DNA of 32,000 nucleotides from the NCBI RefSeq assembly GCF_018389705.1, contig NZ_CP065581.1, positions 600,001 through 632,000 on the forward strand, in the 5' to 3' direction. Below are positions 1-9,001 of this stretch, one piece after another. The notes under the pieces are model-generated. The model worked only from the letters and a program-made list of their open reading frames with translations, had not been told where the DNA came from and made no database searches. Every line of letters begins with the position of its first letter. Position 1 is the first letter of the stretch. This DNA comes from Mycoplasma mycoides subsp. capri (GTDB lineage: Bacteria; Bacillota_I; Bacilli_A; Mycoplasmatales; Mycoplasmataceae). The position numbers and the translations under genes were made by a program.

Positions 1-361
1 GTAATTTCTTTTCACTAGATTTTTGAAAATATTTAGAAATAAGTTTTGTAGAATATTCTCTAATCTTTAAGTCTTCTTTTTTATCTAAAATTTTTTTTAG
101 ATCTTTTTTTAATTTATCTGCAAAACTGTCTGTTTTTTCATCTTTTTCTTTTTTAGTAGAAGGCTGATCTTTTGGTAAATCTTGCTCACTAGGATTTAAA
201 CTACCATTGGGTTTTTCTAATTCTTTTGATTTTTGATTAGAATCGTTTTTATTATCTTTTTCTTTTATTTTTTGATTAGTATTATCTGTTTTACATGAAA
301 CAACAATTAGTGAAGAACTTAAAGCTGTTATAAAACTTAATAATGTTAAAATTTTTTTCAT
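1..361 (-). CDS. putative surface lipoprotein, paralogue of 575..1156; its C-terminal part runs off the window start
   Basis: ATG at 361-359. The first ~38 codons are identical at nucleotide level to the neighbour (MKKILTLLSFITALSSSLIVVSC then KTDNTNQKIKEKDNK), with lipobox VVSC. The frame stays open to base 1, and the later sequence is E/K-rich and clearly paralogous. Confidence 0.8.
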   Translation of the reverse strand, partial: MKKILTLLSFITALSSSLIVVSCKTDNTNQKIKEKDNKNDSNQKSKELEKPNGSLNPSEQDLPKDQPSTKKEKDEKTDSFADKLKKDLKKILDKKEDLKIREYSTKLISKYFQKSSEKKL

Positions 362-400
362 ATATTTTCCTTAGATTTTTATTTTTATTATTTATTAAAT
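247..400 (-). repeat. copy 1 of a duplicated lipoprotein 5' module (5' UTR, signal peptide, first mature residues)
   Basis: 247..361 matches 1042..1156 base for base by eye. The ~40 nt upstream of each ATG differ only by 1-nt indels in homopolymer runs. Confidence 0.8.
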
Positions 401-574
401 ATAAAAAAAGACACTCTTAATTTTTGGGGCTAAAATGCTTAAATTTTGCTTTTTTCTAATCTGGCTGATTTATCAACTATATCAAATAATTTGGTTTTTA
501 TACTATCATAATCTTTTTTAGTTAATAAACTATTTATTTCATTTATTCTAGTTTTTAATTCTTGTTCAAATTCA

Positions 575-1156
575 TTAGATATCTTTTTTTTCAAGTAATT
601 CTCTAGTAGTGTCTAAAATTAACTCTTTGTTATCTTTTGTTATTTTATCTAATAATTCTTTAAGTTTTTTTGTTTCATTATTATTAATATTATTATCTAA
701 ACTATCACTAAATAAAAGTGTTATCTCTGTTTTGACATCATCAAATTTAGATTCATCAAATAATTTTGAAATTTTATTTTCTAAATTAGTTAATTGTTCA
801 AGTGATTGCTTTTGACTAGATCTTTGTAAAAACTTAGAAATAAGACTTGCTGAATATCCTAAAATTTTTGAACTTTGCTTTGTATCTAAAACTTCTTTTA
901 CTTCTTTTTTAATTTTTTCAGCAAAGTCATCTATTTTTTCATTTTTTTCTTCTTTAGTAATAGGTTGATCTTTTGGTAAATCTTTTTCACTTGGGTTTAA
1001 GTTATTGTTAGGTGTTTCTGTTTCTTTTTTATTTGAATCAGTTTTATTATCTTTTTCTTTTATTTTTTGATTAGTATTATCTGTTTTACATGAAACAACA
1101 ATTAGTGAAGAACTTAAAGCTGTTATAAAACTTAATAATGTTAAAATTTTTTTCAT
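575..1156 (-). CDS. putative surface lipoprotein (193 aa), E/K/N-rich, probably helical
   Basis: Intact ORF in the track. Signal peptide plus lipobox (LIVVSC). Low-complexity charged mature part. Tandem paralogue of 1..361. Confidence 0.85.
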   Translation of the reverse strand: MKKILTLLSFITALSSSLIVVSCKTDNTNQKIKEKDNKTDSNKKETETPNNNLNPSEKDLPKDQPITKEEKNEKIDDFAEKIKKEVKEVLDTKQSSKILGYSASLISKFLQRSSQKQSLEQLTNLENKISKLFDESKFDDVKTEITLLFSDSLDNNINNNETKKLKELLDKITKDNKELILDTTRELLEKKDI

Positions 1157-1196
1157 ATATTTTTCCTAGATTTTTATTTTTTATTATTTTTTAAAT
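1042..1196 (-). repeat. copy 2 of the duplicated lipoprotein 5' module
   Basis: See 247..400. Identical coding 5' end and near-identical upstream leader. Confidence 0.8.
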
Positions 1197-1284
1197 AAAT
1201 ATGAACCAATAAAACTATTAAAGATTAAAAAATAAGATCTACTAAAATAAACTAAAAAAGTTTTTTAATTTATTTTAATCTATC

Positions 1285-1923
1285 TTATTTATTATCAATG
1301 TTTTTTATCATATTAGCAATACTACTTGCAATATAGTTAGGATCATCAACATTAGCATCAATTACTCAAAAAGGAACAACTTCTTTATAAATGTTGTATC
1401 AAAACTCATAAGCATTAGTTAAATTTAATCAAAATAAATCATTTGTATCTAGTTCAACATCTCTTGAACGTTTATTAATTCTTTGAATAGCTTTATATGG
1501 ATCAACTTTTAAATATATCACAACATCAAAAGTTTTTCAATTATTTTTTATATCAAATATATTTGGAAGAATGCAAGTTAAAAAATAGTCTTTAAAAACA
1601 TTATAATCAGTATCACTTAACCGATTATACATATGATCAGTTTGACTAAATACCATTGAATCTAAAATACTTCTATCATAAATAACATTTTGATGATCTT
1701 TATATTTAATAAAAGTTTTCATACGATCAGTTAGCATTCATAAATCTAATTTATAATTATAATCTTGAACATTTTTATTAGTATCATCATATGCTTTATT
1801 AAAATAAGGACAATCTAAACTAGTTTCATTTATAAAAACATAACTTGAATCTAAAAGTTTTTTTAAATTTTCTAATAAAGTAGTTTTACCAGCACCTGTT
1901 GTTCCAAAAATTGCTATTCTCAT
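1285..1923 (-). CDS. deoxynucleoside kinase (dAK/dGK family), ~212 aa
   Basis: Track fragments 1738..1923 and 1537..1737 plus an unlisted 3' piece are in one frame, joined by TGA codons at 1738, 1537 and further downstream. N-terminal P-loop IAIFGTTGAGKTT. First TAA in frame is at 1285-1287. Confidence 0.8.
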
Positions 1924-1932
1924 TTTTTCTTT

Positions 1933-2592
1933 CTAATCTATTTTAAAATATAGATCATTTAATATTTGATAAATTTTTTTTGAAGCTTTATTTATAAATT
2001 GATCAAATTGTAACATATTTGAATCACTTACAAACATAACATCACTTATAACTTTAATACTACTAATTGGTTTTTTATATAAATAAGCAACATGAAATAA
2101 ACTACAAGCTTCCATATCTACTATATCTATTTTGTCATTGATTTTATTAATAAATTGAGTTAAATGCTCATACTTATTAATAAAAACATCTCCACTTGCA
2201 ATATTACATATTTTATAATCTAAACTTAGATTTAAAAAATTATTAGCTAAAAAATATTTAGGTAATTTTGGAATTTGACCATAAGAATAACTAAACCCAG
2301 TCACATCAACACTAAAATAATAAGCCTTATTAACTATAACAATATCATTTTGTTTATATTCTTGATTTAAACTACAACAAGTCCCTATATTTAAAATTTG
2401 ATCAATTTGATAATGATTTAATATATAACTTAAACAACAACTAGCATTTACTAATCCAATCTTACTAATAGCTAATAAAATATTTTGATATTGATATAGT
2501 TTTAAAATATCATTATCAATAATTAATTGAGCATTAGTTTTTTTTAAAGTGTATGCTAGTTCTTCATACATTGCACTAATTATTAGTTTCAT
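1933..2592 (-). CDS. mtnN: 5'-methylthioadenosine/S-adenosylhomocysteine nucleosidase
   Basis: 219-aa intact ORF with typical Pfs/MtnN length and layout (N-terminal MKLIISAMYEE..., DMEACSLFHVA near the C-terminus). Confidence 0.75.
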   Translation of the reverse strand: MKLIISAMYEELAYTLKKTNAQLIIDNDILKLYQYQNILLAISKIGLVNASCCLSYILNHYQIDQILNIGTCCSLNQEYKQNDIVIVNKAYYFSVDVTGFSYSYGQIPKLPKYFLANNFLNLSLDYKICNIASGDVFINKYEHLTQFINKINDKIDIVDMEACSLFHVAYLYKKPISSIKVISDVMFVSDSNMLQFDQFINKASKKIYQILNDLYFKID

Positions 2593-3694
2593 AATTGTAA
2601 TCTTTTAAATAATAATTTATAGTTTTTATTAACATTGATCCAATATGATCTTTTCCATGTTTTTTTATAGCTAAATCATATTGGTTTTTTAATAAAGTTT
2701 TAAATCCTAACATTAAATCAGAAAAACATAATTCTCTTAATTTATCAACACCTAAATAATCTCTTTCAATACTAATCTTATCTGCACAAAAAACAATAAT
2801 ATCTAATAAAGACATATTTTCAGATCCAACTGTGTGATTAAATACAGCATTTAAAATTTCTTTATCATCAATTAATCAATCATATAATAAATGTAAATAA
2901 GCTGTATATGAATGTCATACTGGATATGGTTCATTTATAAGTTGTGGTAAATAAGTTTTTAAATAATTTAAAGATTGTTCTTTTGATCATCTTTTTGTAA
3001 TATCGTGAAGTGTTCCAGCTATTAAGGCTTTTTTAGGATCAACATTTCATTTAATAGCTAAATCATGAGCCATTTTTCCAACATTTAAACAATGTATATA
3101 ACGTTTTTGATCCATTTTAGTTTCTAAACGTTCATATAAATACATTAAATTATAATTTACATAATCATTAATTTCTTTGATTTGTTTGTCTAAATGTTTT
3201 AAATTTCTAATATCTGTTGAACTTAAATAATTATTTTCAAATTCAAATAATTCTAAATTATATTTATTTAAAACTTGTTTGTTATAATCTTCATTTCTTT
3301 TAAAAACTTTAAAATCAATCATTTTTATAAGTTCATCAAAATTATTTCACTCTTCAAAACGATCTAATTGATCTGAACCCATAATAAAAGAAAAATGATC
3401 ATTTGGATTAGTTTTTAGTATATGTTTTACTGTTTGATATGTTGGTGTTGTTTTTTTATTTTTAATTTCATAATCATAAATTTTAATATAACTAAATTTA
3501 TTTTTAATAATTTCTAACATATTTAAACGATCAACTATACTACTATTTTGTTTAGTTTTAAAAGGATTTAAATAAGCTGGAATTAGTCAAACTTCATCAA
3601 ATTTTAATTTTTCATAACAAGTTTTTATGATATTAACATGATCAGTATGAATCGGATCAAAACTACCACCAAATAAAGCGATTTTTTTACTCAT
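2576..3694 (-). CDS. nadD: fused nicotinate-nucleotide adenylyltransferase (NadD) and HD-domain YqeK-type phosphohydrolase, 372 aa
   Basis: ATG at 3694 with AGGTG 6 nt upstream. N-terminus MSKKIALFGGSFDPIHTDHV (the nucleotidyltransferase HxGH-type motif). The NadD C-terminal SSTDIR motif is followed, without any stop, by an HD domain (HCLNV..., GTLHDITK). I checked codon by codon that 3694 down to 2576 is one frame, interrupted only by TGA. Confidence 0.85.
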
Positions 3695-3711
3695 TATTGC
3701 ACCTAAATTAT

Positions 3712-3990
3712 TTAAATATTCTGATTTTGTTTTTCTTTTTTAAGAATTTCATCAATTTCTTCATCAATTATACTGATTTCAACTTCAATTGGCTGTTTAT
3801 CAATATTATTTGAATTTTTTTGATTTTTTTTAGAGTTTTTCTTTTTTCTTGTTTTAAATTTATAACGTAAAAAAGAAATTATAAAAATTATTAAAGCTAA
3901 ACCAGCAATTGTTCCAAGAATTGTAGCAATGATTCAAAAAGGAATAGCTATTCCAAAAACTTCAATTGGTTTAAAATTTTTTATATACAT
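3712..3990 (-). CDS. small single-pass membrane protein (92 aa), unknown function
   Basis: ATG at 3990, TAA at 3712-3714, one in-frame TGA. One hydrophobic helix (GIAIPFWIIATILGTIAGLALIIFIISFL) is followed by a K/E/N-rich tail. Sits between nadE and nadD. Confidence 0.55.
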
Positions 3991-4006
3991 TTAATAAAAA
4001 TTGTTT

Positions 4007-4744
4007 CTATCTGATAATTTTTTTTGGCTTTATTGCTAATGATCTTTTATGTTTACTAATTTTATGTAAATAATCAATACGTTTTTTTAATTTAGGATCA
4101 TTATTTTGCTTTAATAAATAGCTATCAATTAAATCATAACTAAACCCAATTTCACCTTCATCAGTTTGTCCTTCTCACAATCCTGCTGTTGGTTTTCTAT
4201 TAATTATAATTTCTGGAACATTTAAAATTTGTGCAGCTTTTTTAACTTCAGATTTTAATAAATGAATAATAGGAACAACATCAACTCCGCCATCACCATA
4301 CTTAGTAAAATAACCTATATGTCATTCATCTAAATTATCAGTTCCTAAAACTAAATATCTTTTAGTTTGAGCAATTGTGTATAAAGTTGTCATTCTCAAT
4401 CTAGCTTTAGCATTTGAAATAGCTAATAAACTTGGTTTTTCATCTAAATTAGAAAAACTATTTTTAAATGCATCAAAACTAGCTTCTAAGTTAACTTCAA
4501 TATTTTTTAACTGATTAGTTTTAATAAGTTCATTAGCACAATCATAATCTAGTTGTGAAGAATAAATTGGCATTCATACAGTTAAATAGTTATCTGGAAA
4601 GGCTAGTTTTGCTAGATTTGCAACAACTGCTGAATCAATTCCTCCACTAATTCCAACAACAACACCATCACATTTAGCTTTTTTTACAGTTTGTTGAATA
4701 AATTCAACCAAATAATCTAAATATTGTTTTAAATTAGTTTGCAT
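4007..4744 (-). CDS. nadE: NH3-dependent NAD+ synthetase
   Basis: Fragments 4574..4774, 4322..4573 and a 3' piece join through TGA at 4574 and 4322. PP-loop motif GISGGIDSAV. TAG at 4007-4009. The start is ambiguous: ATG 4744 (just after the obg stop), ATG 4768, or TTG 4774. Confidence 0.85.
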
Positions 4745-4745
4745 A

Positions 4746-6047
4746 TTAATCTGTTCACTCCAATTCATAATCAAAAACTTTTACAAAATCACCTTTTTTA
4801 ATACCTTTTTTAACTAATGTTTCATAAACACCGGTTTCTTTTAATTTTTCATTAAACATTAACAAGTTATCTTCAGTTCATATTGGGAATTTTTGATAAA
4901 TTTTAAAAATGGTTTCTCCAGCAATTTCTCAACGATTATTACCTTTGTTATAAACTTGAATATCTTCTTTTTGTTCTTCAAATTTATAAATTGCTATTTC
5001 ATCTTGATCATTATTTTTATCTAATTCTCATAAAGGTTGTTTTTTTGCAACTTTTAATTCTTCATAAATCATAAATAATAATTGATCTATATTTTCTTTT
5101 TTTAAACCTGAAATTTGTACAACTTTTTTATCTTTAAAATAATTAATTATTTTTTCATCTAATAAATTTAGTTGAGCTTCATCTAAATCCATTTTATTTA
5201 AGACAATAACTTCAGGTCTTTTTTCTAAATTAAGATTATAAGCCTTTAGTTCATCTCTAATTAATTCATAATTTTTTATAATATCTTCTGAACCAAAATT
5301 TCCAGAAGCATCAATTATATGACAAATTACTAAACATCTTTCAATATGTTTTAAAAATTGATGACCAAGACCTTTTCCTAAACTAGCTCCTTGAATTAAT
5401 CCAGGTAAATCAGCTACTATAAAAGTATCATTATTTTTAGTTCTAGCAACTCCAAGTTGTGGAGTAATTGTTGTAAATGGATAATCAGCAACAACAGGTT
5501 TAGAATTTGAAATTGCTCTTAATAAAGTTGATTTTCCAGCATTTGGTAAACCAACAAATCCAACATCAGCTAATACTTTTAATTCAGCTCTAATTTCAAA
5601 TTCTTGACCTAATTCTCCGGCTTCAAAAATAGTTGGGGCTTTGTTTCTTGAATTTGCAAATCTTGCATTTCCTTTTCCACCCTTACCACCTTTAGCAATT
5701 AAAACTAGTTTATTATTTTCATTAATATCAGCTAATATAGTATTAGTTTTTTTATCATATAAAATAGTTCCTACAGGCACTTTAATGATTTTATCTTCAC
5801 CTTTAGCACCGTGCATATTTTTAATATCACCTTTAAAACCATCTTGAGCACTATATTTTTTTTGCAATTTTAGATCTAATAGTGAGTGTTTACCTTCATC
5901 TCCTAAAAAATAAACAGATCCACCATCACCACCATCTCCACCATTAGGACCACCATTAGGAACAAATAAAGCATGTAAAAAACTAACAGCTCCATCTCCA
6001 CCTTTACCTGCTTTAATAATTAAATCAGCAGAATCAACAAATTTCAT
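4746..6047 (-). CDS. obg: GTPase Obg/CgtA, 433 aa including the C-terminal OCT-like domain
   Basis: Obg fold N-terminus (GGDGGDGG glycine-rich repeats). G domain GLPNAGKST, DLPG, NKMD. The track ORF ends at TGA 5028; reading through adds ~94 aa, with further TGAs at 4929, 4878 and 4755, ending at TAA 4746-4748. RBS AGGTG upstream of 6047. Confidence 0.95.
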
Positions 6048-6117
6048 ATAGCACCTACTTTATATTTCTTGTTTATAATATTTTAATATTATAAAATTCA
6101 TTTTTAAAAATATCTCT

Positions 6118-6432
6118 TTAATTGCATTGATTAGTTAAAGTATTTCAACACTCGTCACATAAAAAAGTTGGAATATTTTTTTTATAATTATTTTCTTCTA
6201 ATTTATCTCAAATAACAATTTGTTCATTTACAAGTTGTTCAACTTCTTTTTCACTTAGTTTTTTAGTTTGTTTTTTTATTAAAGATCCAATTGGAATTGG
6301 AGATTGATTAGTTACAAAACTAATCTCATAACTATCACATAAAGAACAAGTGATATTAAAAAACTTAACCATAAAAAAATTATAGTCTTTAAAATACTTA
6401 TAGTTTTTAGGATCAAAATTAATATTATTCAT
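6118..6432 (-). CDS. small Cys4 (CxxC...CxxC) zinc-ribbon-like protein, 104 aa, unknown function
   Basis: ATG 6432 with AGGTG ~9 nt upstream. The start overlaps the upstream gene's stop by 8 nt. Motifs CSLC and CDEC lie ~60 residues apart. TGAs at 6208 and 6145 are read as Trp. TAA at 6118-6120. Confidence 0.6.
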
Positions 6433-7174
6433 TTTCAAATACACCTGTTTTTTTAATTTCATCAATGATTTTATCTACTTTTTTATTATCAAATTCTATT
6501 AACTTGTTTAATTTTTTTAAATCAAATTCTAAATCATTTAACTGATAAGATAACTTAATAACAGCTATTATAGTTTCACTTGATTTTAGTATTTCAACAT
6601 ATGGAAAACTATAAATAAAATATGAGAATAATATTTGTTTACAAGTTTGATTTAAAAAAATGTCTTTTTGATCAATACAATCTAAAATATTTTGTTCAAT
6701 TTGATAATAAGTATTAAAAATTTCATTTGTATTTAATAAAATCGGATTAATTTTAAAACTAGTATTTTTATTTTTAACAACATCAAAATTTCAATCTATT
6801 TGTTGATCAGCTAAACTAATTAATAATAAAGCTTTATTTTCATAAACATTTTCTAAATTTAATAAATAATTTATAATATCATCTATTATTAATCTAATGT
6901 TTATATTTATTAAATTTTTAATTGCAATAATTTGATCTAATTGATTTTTAGAATTTAATAAATTTTTAATTTCTAAAACACTATAAGTTTTATTTAAATT
7001 AGTAGCTTGTTTTTCTTTAATTTCTTTTAAAAACTTATATAAAGATTTTTCAAAATCATTTGGAATATAACTTATTTCTAGTTCTTGATTAATTAGTTTT
7101 AAAGCTTGGTCAAATTTATTATTATCAATTAGATCTCTAATTTGATCTAGTGTTTGTTCATAGTAGTTTTTCAT
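6425..7174 (-). CDS. hypothetical helical protein, 249 aa
   Basis: ATG 7174 (MKNYYEQTLDQIRDLI...). The first 30 codons of track ORF 6791..7264 overlap the tRNA and its terminator and are discarded. Continues through TGA 6791 to TAA 6425-6427. Confidence 0.7.
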
Positions 7175-7184
7175 GATGGTTCTC

Positions 7185-7217
7185 TTTAAAATAAAAAATC
7201 GTGCTTTGCACGATTTT
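7185..7217 (-). terminator. hairpin plus T-tract immediately 3' of tRNA-Arg
   Basis: Minus strand reads AAAATCGTGC AAA GCACGATTTT followed by TTATTTT: a 10-bp perfect stem (7195-7204 / 7208-7217). Confidence 0.65.
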
Positions 7218-7228
7218 AGTTTTCTAGA

Positions 7229-7305
7229 TGGTGCCCACGAGAAGGCTCGAACTTCCGACCTCACGCTTAGAAGGCGCGTGCTCTATCCTACTGAGCTACA
7301 TGGGC
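7229..7305 (-). tRNA. tRNA-Arg (anticodon UCU), CCA encoded
   Basis: Minus-strand sequence GCCCATGTAGCTCAGTAGGATAGAGCACGCGCCTTCTAAGCGTGAGGTCGGAAGTTCGAGCCTTCTCGTGGGCACCA folds as a cloverleaf: acceptor GCCCATG/CGTGGGC, anticodon stem CGCGC/GCGTG, loop CTTCTAA, T-arm GGAAG TTCGAGC CTTCT. Local GC-rich island. Confidence 0.93.
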
Positions 7306-7360
7306 AATAACAATCATATATAAATTTATCATATTTATATATGAAAAGAAACAATCTTAA

Positions 7361-8968
7361 TTAATTTTTAAAATTTTCTAATTTGTGAATAATTAATAAA
7401 GTCTGACTATAGTCATCTTTATTTTTTACATGTTTAAAATTTGATAAAAGTTTAGATATTTTATAAGTAATTTCATTAATAGTTTTTTTATCATATAAAG
7501 CTTTTTTTCTTTTATATGGACCAAATGTAATAATAAAATATTTAACAATTAATTCTCAAGAATAGTTATATCTTCTAGCAGTTGAAGGAACTAAAGCTAA
7601 AATTAAAGAAATAATTTTTAACATATTAACAAATTGATTATTAGTTTTTAAAACTTCTATTCTAAACTCTTTTTTAATAATTTCTTTTAAAACATCTTGA
7701 TTAAATTTTAAATCTTCTAAACTAATTGAATTATATTGTTTTTTATAAATATTATGATCATTTAATTTGTATAAATGTAAAGTATCAACTAAAGCTAATT
7801 TTTTTCTTTGAATTAAAAAATCAGCTAAATAATTACTATCAACTTTTAAAATATCAATTAAATTAATATAGTTTGTAGATAATAAAACTGCATCTAAAAA
7901 ATCAATAATACGATCTTTATCACATACAAATTTAGAATAATCTTTTAATGATGAAATATGATGTCCAATTTGAATTGGATTATAGTCTTTAATTAAAAAT
8001 GGTAGTAAAAATCTATCACTATCATCATAATTTTTATTTAATGGATCAATTTTATTAGTTAAATAAATAGTTGAAGTTTGATTTGAAGTTTTATTAATTA
8101 AAAACAAGTTTATATAATTATAAAAACTATCAAATATTTCTTCACCATCACTTAAAGCTCATACTGATTTAATACGGTCTTTTAAAAACAAAGCAGTATA
8201 TTTTGCTAATTGAAAAACTAATTTATATTTTTTTTCAACAGAAAAACTAGTTCAATTTTCTTGTTTAAAGTTTAATAAAAAAGTGTTTCACTCTTCATCA
8301 TATTCTAAAATATCAATATGTGATTTAAAGTAATTTAATTCATTTGATGATAATGGTCGTCCTGATTTTAAAGCATTTAAGATATTTTGTTTAGTATAGA
8401 TTTTTTTAATATTATTAAACATTTGTGCTTCATTTGTAATATCTATAACTAACATAGTTAAAAATAAAGGATAAACTAGAGAATGATAAACTATCTTATC
8501 ATTATTTCTTGCTAAAAAGTTTGTATCAAAACGATGCATTTTAGATAATTCAATTAATAATAAAGTTAAAAAATCACTATTGTAGTTATTATTATTAGTT
8601 AGGATTAAATTATCTGCAATATATCTAATTGAAATATTTTCAATAATAAAAGAAATTTCTTCCAGTTCATTTTTAGTTAATTTTGAACTATAAACTGAGG
8701 TTTTTGAATTATTATAATTTAAATATTCAAAAAATCTTGAATAATTATTTGTAATATATTTACAAATTTCACTAATAGATGAATCATCAATATTTATTAA
8801 AGGTTTATCTTTTAAAATTTGATATTGAAACAATCCATAATGAGTGATTTCAAAAATTTCATTAATCTTTTTTTTCAATAATTCATCAACTTTTTTAAAT
8901 CTATCTGTTTTTATTTTCTTAACCATATCATGAAAATAAACTCAATATATAGATTCTTGTACTGGCAT
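7361..8968 (-). CDS. large hypothetical protein, 535 aa, no motif I can recognise
   Basis: ATG 8968 with AGGTG 6 nt upstream. Track ORFs 8288..8926 and 7556..8107 share a frame. I checked that the 8107-8288 gap and both ends contain only TGA (8942, 8288, 8252, 8159, 7556), no TAA or TAG. TAA at 7361-7363. Confidence 0.75.
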
Positions 8969-9001
8969 AATTACACCTACTTTATAAATAAGAATTTAAT
9001 C

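Noticed and set aside
609-815. Plus-strand track ORFs antisense to real genes: 609..815, 5641..5847, 20663..20851, 23905..24156, 28276..28485, 30036..30308, 30934..31158.
   Set aside because: Each lies fully inside a well-supported minus-strand gene (lipoprotein, obg, ffh, recA, DUF285 lipoprotein, hup/dnaD-like, gpsA-like). They have F/L/I/S-rich shadow-frame composition and no RBS. They are typical antisense shadow ORFs in AT-rich DNA.
1240-1284. A long AT-only imperfect palindrome (TAAAATAAACTAAAAAAGTTTTTTAATTTATTTTA) just after the dNK stop. It could be a terminator.
   Set aside because: The stem is A/T only with mismatches and an almost nonexistent loop. It cannot be told apart from background AT-rich symmetry, so I did not list it as a feature.
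7175-7264. N-terminal 30 codons (MRSEVRAFSWAPSRKLKSCKARFFILKRTI) of track ORF 6791..7264.
   Set aside because: They are the reverse reading of tRNA-Arg and its terminator hairpin, and the composition is atypical for this genome. The true start is ATG 7174.
7350-7360. An 11-mer TAAGATTGTTT (minus strand) occurs about 45 nt upstream of both tRNA-Arg and rnpB (25620..25630). It could be a shared stable-RNA promoter element.
   Set aside because: By rough composition-based estimate, thousands of 11-mer matches are expected by chance within 32 kb of DNA this AT-rich. Spacing to plausible -10 boxes is also inconsistent between the two sites.
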